Assembly (NCBI GenBank): GCA_963665845.2
Contig: OY762492.1
Coordinates: 3,616,001-3,680,000, forward strand
Source of the DNA: Candidatus Poribacteria bacterium
GTDB taxonomy: Bacteria; Poribacteria; WGA-4E; GCA-2687025
Length of the DNA: 64,000 nt
Reading direction: 5' to 3'
Every line of letters starts with the position of its first letter. Position 1 is the stretch's first letter. Below are positions 47,011 to 56,487 of the stretch, in pieces. The translations under genes and the position numbers were made by a program. The notes under the pieces were generated by a model that searched no databases, was not told where the DNA came from, and was given only the letters and a program-made list of their open reading frames with translations.

Positions 47011-50000
47011 TTATTCTATCGGCGGGAGGGCGTCGATGATGCGGGCGGACTCGACGCTCACATGGACGGCGCGCTTGATCGCCGACACGAGAGCCGTCGG
47101 ATCGTCCGCGAACCAAGCGTTCGCGTCGTTCACGATGCCGCTTAGCTTGTCCTTCTTCACCTGATAACGGTCGATGAGCCACTCCAACGGCGACCGCCCG
47201 TTCACCACATACCGATGCGCATCCGCAGGTATGCCGGACAGCGTCAGGCGGCTGTTCACAACCAACGACTCTTTCGCCGCCTTGTCCGCAAACTTCATCT
47301 TCTTATCGATAATGCAGTCGCCCGCATGAAGACCGCCCGTATCGGACAAGTCGCGCCGAGACAAATGCGCCGTCAACGGAAACTCATCGCAGGTCTCATA
47401 CCCAAGATGCAGCTCCGCCAGCTCCCGACCCGCCGACGCAAACGCATGAAAGCCTGTCCCCGACCCCGATCGGGGATCGGGCGCCATCGGAACGCGCGGC
47501 AGCTCTTTGGAAAGATCGTTGGCGAAACGCTCCCGGTATTCAGGCGAATGCAACACGCCGTACACATAATAGAAAATGTCGTCCTTCGTTACGGACGACA
47601 CGCCCCCGCCGTAGCGCGACCGAAACGCAAACAAGGCGGAATCGCTGATGTTGTCGATACGCTCCGTACGCATGCCCCGGATGCCGCCCTCCGGCTCCTC
47701 GTAGCGCCAGCGGGGGAAGCATTGCGCATCGCCGACATAATGAAGATCTGGCAATGTGTCCGTCATGAGCAGAGAAAACGAGGCTTTACCGCCGCGGGCG
47801 GGAACGCAAATGACGCGGTTTTCGCTTTCGGTGTCTGGAAATATCCTGTCTTGCTGGGCTTTTGAGGCAATAAGCACATAATTAGCATAGCAGTTGGTTG
47901 CTACAAAAGGTCGGTATGCAACATTTTGGATGTGGCCCACATTAAACCGCGCGCTCTTTTTTCGCCTAAGGCTGTCTTTTAGTTGGTGATCCCATTTGAT
48001 ACGAGATCGATGTTTCAGCGTTACAGCGTTAACATCGTTGACGCTCGGCTTCTCAATAGGGGCTATTTCATCTAGCGCGGCTAAATAGCTTTCTGTCATC
48101 AAGCGGGCGTTCTCGGCGCATGTCTCCTTTGAAAAATTGTACATGTAGGCGTCTTTTTTTGTGATAATTCCTAGCGAGTAAAGCTGGAAAATCGCGTCGT
48201 CTGCTCTGCCATATTTCGTATCTCTTGTCCCGATAGGGTACATCTTTTGAAACGCTTCGCTGCGCTGATTGACCCATTCATGAAAGCGGTTCGGCTGGAT
48301 GTCGCGCCAGTCGTCAATGCCGTTGATCGATCTTATTTCGTTTAAATTTTCCCGCTTTTCGACTGTCGTTAAATAGTCGTCCAGAGCGGAATAGCGGATG
48401 CGACAGCCGTCATGCTTAGCGTCCGGATTCTTCACGAGCAGCGTAATCGCCGGACCTGTAAGGATTGATCCAAAAATGTTCCCGCCCTCTTTTTTCAGAC
48501 GCTCTCCTGAAGTGCGCAGATCGCCTCTTAGGTTCAAGACGTAGACGGAGCTGAACTCATCCGCGAAGCATGACCGTATTCCCGTATCGGCATTTCCTTC
48601 GATCCATGTACCGCTTGTAACAAACGCGGCGACACCGCGCTTCTGGATTCTGTCGGACGCCCATCGAATCGCCATCTTATAAGAATCATATAGCGGCTTT
48701 TTATTGCTCGCTGTGGATTGAGCAACATATGTCTCTTCAATGCGCTTTGTCATTACGGGATAAAACAGGTTCGGATTATTTTCCGCCGCATTTTTTTGTC
48801 CTGCCGACCATGGCGGATTCCCGACGATGACGTCAATCTCTTTATCTTTCAGGTTGTCGATCCGCTCTTTGTTTTCCGCCATCCAAAAATCGACGGCGCC
48901 CAGCTGTAGATTCGCTTCGTCGGTTTGCGGCGCGTCTTCGTTTTCGTTCGGTTTGATATTGAAGGTGTCGGTGAGCGCGATGCCTTTGAACGGCGCATAC
49001 TCGGCGCCTTCGTCCAGGCGTCCGCGGTACGCCTCCTCGATGTTGACGGCGGCGATATAGTAGGCGAGCAGCAGGATCTCGTTGGCGTACAGCTCCTGTT
49101 GGAACTTGCGCTCTAGGTCTTCGCCGCGTATCAGTTTCGATTGGAGCAGCCTTGCCAGGAACAGCCCCGCCCCTGCGAACGGGTCCAGTATATGGACGCC
49201 CTCATCGCTGATGGTGCGTCCGAACTCGCTGCGCAGGATGTCGTCGGCGCTGTGGAGTATGAAGTCGATGATTTCGACCGGCGTATAGACGATGCCGAGC
49301 CTGTCGGCGTCTTTTTTGAAGGCGATCTGAAAAAATTTCTCGTAAAGTTCTTTGAGGACGGTCTGGCGCCCTTCGCTGTTGTCGAGGCCTCGGATGCGGT
49401 TCTGGACGCTTTCATAGAATCGCGCTAGGCTTTTCGTTTCGTCTTCGAGTCCGTAGTCGCTGAAATCGCTGCGGAGCGATTCGAGCGCTTTGGCGACCGG
49501 GTTTCGGTTGGCGAAGTCGTATCCTTCAAAGATCGCCTCGAATACGGGTTTCATGACGATATGCTGGGCGAGCATATCGCGCGCGTTTTCTTCAGTGATG
49601 GAGTCGTTGATGGAGCTGCGCAGTTCGTTATGGAATTCGCTGAACCATTCTTTTAGTTCGGCGGCTCCCCCCGATCGGGTCGGGGGCAGGCCTGGGCTCA
49701 ACATGCCTTCGATGCGCTCTGTGGTGCGCTTGAAAATTTCGGCGACGTCGGACGCCCATTTTTCCCAGTATTTTCGGTCGCCGCATTTTTCAACGATCTT
49801 GGCGTAGATGGCTCCCGGCGGCACGTTGAAAGTTTTAAACAGCTGCCCTTGCCCTTGATCATCCGGATCATCCTCGCCGTATCCCTCTCCGCGTTCTCGG
49901 AGGAAGTTCGGATCGGGCGGGGTGACGATCCGCTTCGGCTTCTGCTTGTTCAGGTCGATCTGATTGATTTCGGCGTCCAGCCGTTCGTCATGCGCGCGCA

Positions 50001-51924
50001 GCGCCTGCAGGACATCCCATACCGGTTTAAACCGTTCGTTGTCGTCTAAGATTTGGGCGCCGTCCGCCTCCGCCGGACATGCGACGGGTAGGATGATATA
50101 CCCGTCCTGTTTGCCTTCAAACTTGCGCATGACGCGCCCGACCGCCTGAACGATGTCGATGATGGACCGCTTCGGCTCGATAAAGATGACCGCGTCCAGG
50201 GCGGGGACATCCACCCCTTCCGACAGGCAGCGCGCGTTCGACAGGATTCGGCAGTCGGCGTTGTCGCGTTTGCTTTTGTCTTCGCCGCGTTTGAGCCATT
50301 CGATGAGCGTTTTGCGTTTGAGCGCGTCATCTTTTCCGTCCACATGCTCCGTCGCGCATTCATAGCCGCTTGGGAGCGGGTCGCTTTCTTGCTCTTGCTG
50401 TTCTTGCTCCAGTTCGATGGCGCGTTCCACGACCGGCATGAAGTTGTCTCGAAACGCCTCGGAGTTTTTGATCAGCCTTGTGAAGACGATGGCGCGGCTG
50501 AGCCGTTTTTCTTGTCCAGGTTCGTCATGTTCAGGGTTATGCAGCGCTTTCCAGCATCCGACGATCTTGGTTGCGTCGGTGATGCTGACGGCTCCGCGTT
50601 CGCCTTCCGCTTCTAGAAACGGCTCGTCCGTTTCGGCGCCTTCCGACACGGCGAAGATGACCACCTTATAGTCGGACAGCAGGTTCATGTTGACCGCTTT
50701 TGAAAAGGAGAGGCGGTGAAATTCGGGTCCATAGACGGTCTCATCGTCCATCGAGTAGATGCCGATGTCATGTTCTCTGGCTCTTGTTTGCGCCGCTTCC
50801 GTATAGAGTCGGGGCGTCGCGGTCATATAGAGCCGTTTGCGGGCTTGTATCCGTTCGTTGTCATGGACAAGGTTAAAATGGGAGATTTTTTCGGGATCGC
50901 GCTCAACGCCGGTGGTGCGGTGCGCTTCGTCGCATAGGATCAGGTCGAATTCTGGGGCGCCGTTCTCTTGCGCCTTTGCGATGATCTCCAGCGAATGGTA
51001 GGTGCTGAAGACGACCGTCATTTTCCCGCCGTCTGTTTTTTGGAGCTCGGCGCTGATCTTCGCCTCGTCTGTTGTGACCGGGATTTCCAGCTCATGCAAT
51101 TGCGATTCCGCTTCATCGTATCCCGCTTTTCGGTCGGAGCAGACGCCGATATATCGGTGTTTCAGTTCCCTCTGCTCCGCCCATTCGCGCATCGATTGTC
51201 CGAGCAGGGCGATGGACGGGACGAGGTACAGGACGCGCCCGCCTTTGCCGGCAAGCTGTTCCGATTCGGCGATGCGCAGGGCGTTGAAGGTTTTGCCGGT
51301 TCCGCATGCCATGATCATTTTGCCGCGGTCATGCGTTTCAAAACCTTTCAGGACATTGTCCATCGCTTCTTGTTGATGCGGGCGCAGATCGTACGGTTTC
51401 CGCCGCGCCAGCTCCTCTGGGTTCATTCGGGCGAGGTCGGGCCAATCGACGGCGCTGCGTTCTAGGTCGGGTTGAAAAATGCGCTGGACAGGCGGGTTCT
51501 GATTTTTGAGGAGCCGTTCCGCGTTCGGTCCGAAGCCGGCGGCGGTGGAGACGAAGATTCTGGAGACATACTTTGTTTTGCTGGAGACGGCGATGAACGA
51601 TTCCAGATGGTTCATATAGATGCGCGTGTCGGCGTCGTAGCATTTGCATTGGATGGCGCAATACCCGCTTCCGTCCGCTTCTTCGGCGACCAGGTCGATT
51701 CCGATGTCGGTTCCGTCTTCGTCGTCCTGTTCGAGCGTCCATTCATGGTAGGTTTGAACGTTGGCGAACCGCTGCTGGTAGTAGCGGTCTTTTTGGAAAT
51801 ACGCCTTCATGAGCCGCTCAAAGAGGCCGCCTTTGCCGCGTTCGCTGTCCGCTTTGGCGCGTATGAAATCGAGCGCCGCTTGGAAGCTGTTGTCTGCCAT
51901 TCTGCTCTCCGCCTTTATGCGCAT
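47011..51924 (-). CDS. Type ISP restriction-modification enzyme (LlaGI/LlaBIII-like: Mrr nuclease, SF2 helicase, N6-MTase, TRD)
   Basis: DIGIDLVA...AIQCKCY; MACGTGKT; DEAH; MTATP; LSEGVDVP.LD; QAVGRVMR; GIVYTP; LDPFAGAG; NPPW; Y.VNGRSPLEW.IDRY. Confidence 0.92.
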   Translation of the reverse strand: MRIKAESRMADNSFQAALDFIRAKADSERGKGGLFERLMKAYFQKDRYYQQRFANVQTYHEWTLEQDDEDGTDIGIDLVAEEADGSGYCAIQCKCYDADTRIYMNHLESFIAVSSKTKYVSRIFVSTAAGFGPNAERLLKNQNPPVQRIFQPDLERSAVDWPDLARMNPEELARRKPYDLRPHQQEAMDNVLKGFETHDRGKMIMACGTGKTFNALRIAESEQLAGKGGRVLYLVPSIALLGQSMREWAEQRELKHRYIGVCSDRKAGYDEAESQLHELEIPVTTDEAKISAELQKTDGGKMTVVFSTYHSLEIIAKAQENGAPEFDLILCDEAHRTTGVERDPEKISHFNLVHDNERIQARKRLYMTATPRLYTEAAQTRAREHDIGIYSMDDETVYGPEFHRLSFSKAVNMNLLSDYKVVIFAVSEGAETDEPFLEAEGERGAVSITDATKIVGCWKALHNPEHDEPGQEKRLSRAIVFTRLIKNSEAFRDNFMPVVERAIELEQEQQEQESDPLPSGYECATEHVDGKDDALKRKTLIEWLKRGEDKSKRDNADCRILSNARCLSEGVDVPALDAVIFIEPKRSIIDIVQAVGRVMRKFEGKQDGYIILPVACPAEADGAQILDDNERFKPVWDVLQALRAHDERLDAEINQIDLNKQKPKRIVTPPDPNFLRERGEGYGEDDPDDQGQGQLFKTFNVPPGAIYAKIVEKCGDRKYWEKWASDVAEIFKRTTERIEGMLSPGLPPTRSGGAAELKEWFSEFHNELRSSINDSITEENARDMLAQHIVMKPVFEAIFEGYDFANRNPVAKALESLRSDFSDYGLEDETKSLARFYESVQNRIRGLDNSEGRQTVLKELYEKFFQIAFKKDADRLGIVYTPVEIIDFILHSADDILRSEFGRTISDEGVHILDPFAGAGLFLARLLQSKLIRGEDLERKFQQELYANEILLLAYYIAAVNIEEAYRGRLDEGAEYAPFKGIALTDTFNIKPNENEDAPQTDEANLQLGAVDFWMAENKERIDNLKDKEIDVIVGNPPWSAGQKNAAENNPNLFYPVMTKRIEETYVAQSTASNKKPLYDSYKMAIRWASDRIQKRGVAAFVTSGTWIEGNADTGIRSCFADEFSSVYVLNLRGDLRTSGERLKKEGGNIFGSILTGPAITLLVKNPDAKHDGCRIRYSALDDYLTTVEKRENLNEIRSINGIDDWRDIQPNRFHEWVNQRSEAFQKMYPIGTRDTKYGRADDAIFQLYSLGIITKKDAYMYNFSKETCAENARLMTESYLAALDEIAPIEKPSVNDVNAVTLKHRSRIKWDHQLKDSLRRKKSARFNVGHIQNVAYRPFVATNCYANYVLIASKAQQDRIFPDTESENRVICVPARGGKASFSLLMTDTLPDLHYVGDAQCFPRWRYEEPEGGIRGMRTERIDNISDSALFAFRSRYGGGVSSVTKDDIFYYVYGVLHSPEYRERFANDLSKELPRVPMAPDPRSGSGTGFHAFASAGRELAELHLGYETCDEFPLTAHLSRRDLSDTGGLHAGDCIIDKKMKFADKAAKESLVVNSRLTLSGIPADAHRYVVNGRSPLEWLIDRYQVKKDKLSGIVNDANAWFADDPTALVSAIKRAVHVSVESARIIDALPPIE
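47452..47475. repeat. 24-bp palindromic element inserted in frame (encodes PRSGSGTG)
   Basis: GCCTGTCCCCGACCCCGATCGGGG; near-identical inverted copy at 49668-49691. Confidence 0.7.
49668..49691. repeat. 24-bp palindromic element inserted in frame, opposite orientation (encodes about GLPPTRSG)
   Basis: CCCCCGATCGGGTCGGGGGCAGGC versus the reverse complement of copy 1, CCCCGATCGGGGTCGGGGACAGGC. Confidence 0.7.
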
Positions 51925-51975
51925 GGGTTATGTTAGCGCTTTGGGCGGATATGTCAAGCGGCGGCTTCCTAGACT

Positions 51976-52048
51976 CCCCCCTTGAAAAGGGGGCAGGGGG
52001 GTTTCCGCCGTAGGCGGCGCCTAAGATTCCCGCTTACGCGGGAATGAC
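51976..52048. repeat. Mosaic of palindromic repeats
   Basis: CCCCCCTTGAAAAGGGGG (51976) plus GATTCCCGCTTACGCGGGAATGAC (52025). Confidence 0.85.
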
Positions 52049-52087
52049 GGCCCGCGGCGGGCGCGGCATGACGCTTGATCAAAGAGT

Positions 52088-52116
52088 TTGACCGCTGGGC
52101 GTTGGCGCGCTATACT
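52088..52116 (+). promoter_or_regulatory. Sigma70 promoter of the rplY operon
   Basis: TTGACC-N17-TATACT. Confidence 0.7.
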
Positions 52117-52174
52117 AATTGCCGCGAGTTCATATGCGGAAGTGTGCCGAAACGACGGACGAGGAGTGGGCGCG

Positions 52175-52846
52175 ATGCAGCAGGTACGTATTGAGGCGGA
52201 GACGCGGACAGGTTCTGGCAAGGGGGCGGCGCGCGCGCTCCGAAGAGACGGCAAACTGCCGGCGGTGGTGTATAGTCAAGGGAAGCCGGCGCGTTCCATA
52301 CAGATTGACGCGCGCCTTTTTCGCCGCGCGCTGGTGAACGAGAACGCAGAACGCGCGCTCATCAGCCTCTTCATTGACGGCGAGCAGGGAATCGCGGTCG
52401 TCAAAGAGATACAGCAGGACCCCGTCCGGCGCGATCTGCTCCATGTGGATTTCCAGAATATACGTTTGGATGAAGAGATCGTTGTCACGGTGGATCTCGA
52501 GCTGGAAGGCGACCCTGTCGGCGTCGATCTTGGCGGCATTCTTGAGTTTGTGACCCGTCAAGTGGAGGTGCGCGTGTTGCCGACCGCCATTCCGGATTCT
52601 CTGACGCTGGACATCTCCGAGCTGGAGATTGGGCAGTCCGTCCATGTTCATCTGCTGGAGCCGCCAGAGGAGGTGGAGATTTTGACCGACGGCGACATGG
52701 TGGTCGCATCGGTCGCGGCGCCGCGCGTGGAGGAGGAGCCTGTCGCCGATCTGGAAGAGCCGACCGAAGAGGATGCCGAAGCCGCCGAAGAAACCGAAGC
52801 GACGGAAGAAACCGAAGAGACAGAAGACGATGGCGACGCCGCATAA
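52175..52846 (+). CDS. rplY: 50S ribosomal protein L25 / general stress protein Ctc
   Basis: R..GKGAAR.LRR.G..PAVVY, KEIQ.DP....LHVDF, G.PVGV..GG.L; acidic tail; GAGGAG RBS. Confidence 0.95.
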   Translation: MQQVRIEAETRTGSGKGAARALRRDGKLPAVVYSQGKPARSIQIDARLFRRALVNENAERALISLFIDGEQGIAVVKEIQQDPVRRDLLHVDFQNIRLDEEIVVTVDLELEGDPVGVDLGGILEFVTRQVEVRVLPTAIPDSLTLDISELEIGQSVHVHLLEPPEEVEILTDGDMVVASVAAPRVEEEPVADLEEPTEEDAEAAEETEATEETEETEDDGDAA

Positions 52847-53993
52847 GCGGCATGAACGGGCGGTTGAGTGTCGACATCGAGCCTTTAGGCTTGCTGCGCC
52901 GTTCGTCTTGCTGTTGTGCGCGTTTCCGTTTGCGTCGGCGGAGCTGGGACCGATTACGGCGCGGCATGGCGCCGGCGGCGCGGTTGTGCAGATGGAGCCG
53001 CGCCTGCTGAGCAATGAGCCGTATGTGGCTGTGAAGGATTTGCGGGAGCTGTTTAGCGGCGAACATTCGCCTGTTCGCCTGCGTTATTTTTACCGCAGCT
53101 CAACGCGCCGGTTGTCGGTTCAGCTGCGCATGCCGTCGGGTCAGTCCAGAATTATACGTTTAAAGATGGGTTCGGCAGAAGCGGCGATCGGGGTGAGCGA
53201 GAGCGTTTCGATGCGCCGTCCTGCCGTGGAGATTGCCGGCGAGCCGTGGACGCCCCTTCAGTTTTTGACGGAGGCGATTCCGAAGGCGGCGCCTGTTCTG
53301 GTGGAGTATGACGCGGGGGCGCGCGAGCTGGTTGTGTACTCTGAAGCGGAGCCGTCCGATCCAACCCCGATCGTGGAGCCGGCGCTTCCCGAAACGGCGC
53401 CGTATGCGCTGACAGCGCCGGAGGCGCCCGTTTGGACAGGTTTAAAAGTGGCTGTTGACGCGGGGCATGGCGGTTCCGACATCGGCATAGAACGCGGCGG
53501 ATTGGTTGAAAAAGAGTTGACGATGGCGCTGGCGAAGGAGATCAAGACGGCGGGCGTTCTGGCGGGCGGTTCCGTTTTTTTGACGCGCGCGGACGATACG
53601 GCGCGACCGCTTGAAGAGCGGACGCAAGCCGCCGAGGAGAGCGGCGCGACCGCGTACATCTCGCTTCATTTTAACGATTCGATCTCAACCGGTCGGAGCG
53701 GTTACCGCATCGTCACGCTCCCGCCCGCCCGACCTTCAACCGAAGGGGAGACTCCGCCGGAAGACGCCGAAAAATTAGCGGACGCGGTGGAGGAGGCGCT
53801 CAAGGAGGCGGGTTTTAAGGGCAAACGTTTTCGGCTGCCGCTGCCGGCGCTGGAGCGGGCGAACCGCCCCGCGCTGTATATTGAGATGGCGTATCTTTCC
53901 AACGCGGAGGAGGCGGGTTACTGGCGTCTTCCGCAAACCGTAAAAAGCGCGGCGGCGGCGATCTGGAACGGCGCCGCCCGTTACAAGCCCTGA
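52830..53993 (+). CDS. N-acetylmuramoyl-L-alanine amidase (Amidase_3)
   Basis: VDAGHGG.D.G, EK..T, LTR.DD, L.ER...A, ISLH.N, PA..IE..YLSN. Start uncertain. Confidence 0.85.
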   Translation: MATPHKRHERAVECRHRAFRLAAPFVLLLCAFPFASAELGPITARHGAGGAVVQMEPRLLSNEPYVAVKDLRELFSGEHSPVRLRYFYRSSTRRLSVQLRMPSGQSRIIRLKMGSAEAAIGVSESVSMRRPAVEIAGEPWTPLQFLTEAIPKAAPVLVEYDAGARELVVYSEAEPSDPTPIVEPALPETAPYALTAPEAPVWTGLKVAVDAGHGGSDIGIERGGLVEKELTMALAKEIKTAGVLAGGSVFLTRADDTARPLEERTQAAEESGATAYISLHFNDSISTGRSGYRIVTLPPARPSTEGETPPEDAEKLADAVEEALKEAGFKGKRFRLPLPALERANRPALYIEMAYLSNAEEAGYWRLPQTVKSAAAAIWNGAARYKP

Positions 53994-53997
53994 ACCG

Positions 53998-54726
53998 ATG
54001 CGCCCGCGCAATCCAGAACGCGCCCGCGCGCTTGAACGGCGCCGACGGTTTCTAGAGCGCCGGCGGAAGGCGGAAGAGACCGACTCTTCCCATTCCGCGG
54101 AGGATTCTGCTGAAAAGATGCCCAAAATCAATCTTTACGGTTGCGCCGCGGCGCTCTTGCTGACAGCGCTGTCGGCGGCGGCGTTCATTATCTGGGCGGT
54201 CATGCTTCCCAATCCGCCGGCGGAGTCGGACGCGCCCGACCTCGGCTCCCCGCAAGATGTCCTTGACGCTTCAGGCAACCCCGTTCAGACGCAGGAGCGC
54301 TCGCTGATCATTGCGCTGCCCAGCGCCAAAGCGGACAGCGGGGCATGGTCAACCGAACGGCGCCAAGTGAACATACCTGAAGGAAACGCCAACAGGCTCA
54401 AACTGGTCGCGGAGGTGTGGATGACGGCGATGGCGGAAGCGGGCGGCATTGCTCCGTCCACCGAGCTGTTGAGCGCTTACATGGACGCGGAGAATCAGGC
54501 GTATCTGAATTTCACCGAGGGGTTTGCAGAAAGCCTTAACAAAGGTCTCACGCGGGAGCTGGAGATTGTGATCTCCCTGGCGAAGACGATACGCGAAAAT
54601 CTGCCGGCGACGCGCCGCGCAGCGCTGCTGGTCGAAGGAAAAGAGCTGGACTTGAACGCTTCGCAGCTGCGCCTATCCAGCCCGATCGACCTTGCTTTTT
54701 ACGCGGAACTTGACGATGCGCTTTGA
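53998..54726 (+). CDS. GerMN-domain membrane protein
   Basis: TM anchor; I...T.LL..Y.D....AYLNF...E...V.SL..T...N.P......LLVEG; follows the amidase. Confidence 0.75.
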   Translation: MRPRNPERARALERRRRFLERRRKAEETDSSHSAEDSAEKMPKINLYGCAAALLLTALSAAAFIIWAVMLPNPPAESDAPDLGSPQDVLDASGNPVQTQERSLIIALPSAKADSGAWSTERRQVNIPEGNANRLKLVAEVWMTAMAEAGGIAPSTELLSAYMDAENQAYLNFTEGFAESLNKGLTRELEIVISLAKTIRENLPATRRAALLVEGKELDLNASQLRLSSPIDLAFYAELDDAL

Positions 54727-55315
54727 GGCGGCGGTCGTCGGATTGGGCAACCCTGGCGCGAAGTATGACGGAACGCGCCACAACATCGGTTTTGAAACGG
54801 TTGATGCGCTCTCGCGCCGTTATGCATGCGGGTCGGCGTATCTCAAATTCAACGCGGCGCTTCAGCCGGCGGAGCTGGAAGGCGTCCGCGTTCTGTTGGC
54901 GAAGCCGTTGACCTACATGAACAGGAGCGGGCATGCGGTCCGCGCCTTGTCGGAAACATACGGCATACCCCCAGAAAACATCTGGATCGTTCTGGACGAT
55001 TTTCATTTGACGCTCGGTTCGCTTCGGCTTCGGCTTCGCGGAAGCGCGGGGAGCCATAACGGGCTGCGCTCCGTCCTGCAGGAGCTGGGGACCGAGGAGG
55101 CGCCCCGCGCGCGTCTTGGGATCGGTCCGGCTCCGCATCCGTCCATGGCGTCAAACTTTGCCCTTAGCCCATTTCGCCGAAGCGAGAAGCCTGTCGCCGC
55201 GGAGCTGATCGAGTATACGGCTGACGCGCTGATATACGCCGCGGCGAACGGGTTTGAAGCGGCAATGAACCGTTTTAACCGCACAATTCGCCCAGATTCG
55301 CAGGCTGACGGCTAA
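54716..55315 (+). CDS. pth: Peptidyl-tRNA hydrolase
   Basis: VGLGNPG.KY..TRHN.GF, KP.TYMN.SG, GSAGSHNGL.S, AMNRFN. Confidence 0.96.
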   Translation: MRFEAAVVGLGNPGAKYDGTRHNIGFETVDALSRRYACGSAYLKFNAALQPAELEGVRVLLAKPLTYMNRSGHAVRALSETYGIPPENIWIVLDDFHLTLGSLRLRLRGSAGSHNGLRSVLQELGTEEAPRARLGIGPAPHPSMASNFALSPFRRSEKPVAAELIEYTADALIYAAANGFEAAMNRFNRTIRPDSQADG

Positions 55316-56487
55316 GACGCCCGAACCGTTTTTTCGGCGAAGCGTCGAATGCGGCGAAGCGCCTCTTCTAAACGCTCAACAGCGGCCGCGTAAGAGATGC
55401 GGAGATGTCCAGCGCCGCCTTCCCCAAAGGAGGAACCCCACAGAGACGCGACCCCCGCCTCCTCCAGCAGCCGGTCGGCAACCTGCTTGTCGTTTCCAAG
55501 CTGGCGTATGTTTGGAAAAGCGTAAAAAGCGCCCTGCGGAGACGCGCATTCGATTCCGTCAATAGCGTTCAAACCGTCAACAACGATCTTGCGCCGTCTG
55601 GCAAATTCGAGCCGCATGCGCTGGACGCAGTCTTGGGGTCCGTTCAGGGCGGCGGCGCCTGCCCGCTGCGTGAACGGCGGAGCGCATGAGTTGGAATTGA
55701 CGGTCAACAGCTCAAACGCCGTTTTCAGCGCCGGCGGCAAAACCGCCCATCCAAGCCGCCATCCCGTCATCGCATACGCCTTGGAGGCGCCGTCCACCAT
55801 GATCGTTCGGGCGCGCATGCCGTCGAACGAGAGAACGCTCTCATGCGGTTCGCCGTATGTCAACCGCCCGTATACCTCGTCCGAGAGAACCCAGATGCCG
55901 CGTTCGTTCGCCGCGTCGGCGACCGCTTTCAGCTCCGTCTTGGAGAGCGTCCCGCCGGTCGGGTTGTGCGGCGAGTTCAAAATAATCATCGCCGTTCGGT
56001 CGGAGAGAGCGTCCTGAAACTGATCAATGTCGAAGCGGAAGCGGCGCGACTCTTTTAGGTAGTACGGTATGGGCGTTCCGCCCGCCATGCGCACAACCGA
56101 TTCGTAGATCGGGAAGCCTGGGTTGGGGCATAAGACCTCGCCGCCTGTTTCGACGCAGGCAAGAGCGGCGAAGAAAAGCAGCGGTTTGGCTCCGTTTGCA
56201 ACGATGATGTCATCGGGGTCGACCGGCAGCCCGCGGCGTTTGGAGGCGTCCAGCGCCGCCGCTTCGCGCATGTCGGGCAGCCCCATGGTGGGGGCGTAGC
56301 CTGTTTCGCCGGCGCGTATCGCTTTATAGGCGGCTTGGACGATATGCGCCGGCGTGTTGAAATCGGGCTGTCCAATTTCGACATGGACGATGTCGCGCCC
56401 CTGCGCTTCCAGTTCGCGCGCGCGCTTCAGAACCGAGAACGCCGATTCGGAGCCGAGCGTTTCAACGCGCGCGGCAAGACGCCTCAT
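55312..56487 (-). CDS. PLP-dependent class I/II aminotransferase (aspartate aminotransferase-like)
   Basis: IGQPDF.TP, NSP.NPTG, SDEVY, SKAYAMTGWRLG, P.GAFY.FP, LRISYA. Confidence 0.92.
   Translation of the reverse strand: MRRLAARVETLGSESAFSVLKRARELEAQGRDIVHVEIGQPDFNTPAHIVQAAYKAIRAGETGYAPTMGLPDMREAAALDASKRRGLPVDPDDIIVANGAKPLLFFAALACVETGGEVLCPNPGFPIYESVVRMAGGTPIPYYLKESRRFRFDIDQFQDALSDRTAMIILNSPHNPTGGTLSKTELKAVADAANERGIWVLSDEVYGRLTYGEPHESVLSFDGMRARTIMVDGASKAYAMTGWRLGWAVLPPALKTAFELLTVNSNSCAPPFTQRAGAAALNGPQDCVQRMRLEFARRRKIVVDGLNAIDGIECASPQGAFYAFPNIRQLGNDKQVADRLLEEAGVASLWGSSFGEGGAGHLRISYAAAVERLEEALRRIRRFAEKTVRAS

Noticed and set aside
47011-52048. Integrated mobile island around the Type ISP gene
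   Set aside because: No integrase, transposase, tRNA or flanking direct repeats are visible. It is a single gene beside a REP mosaic.
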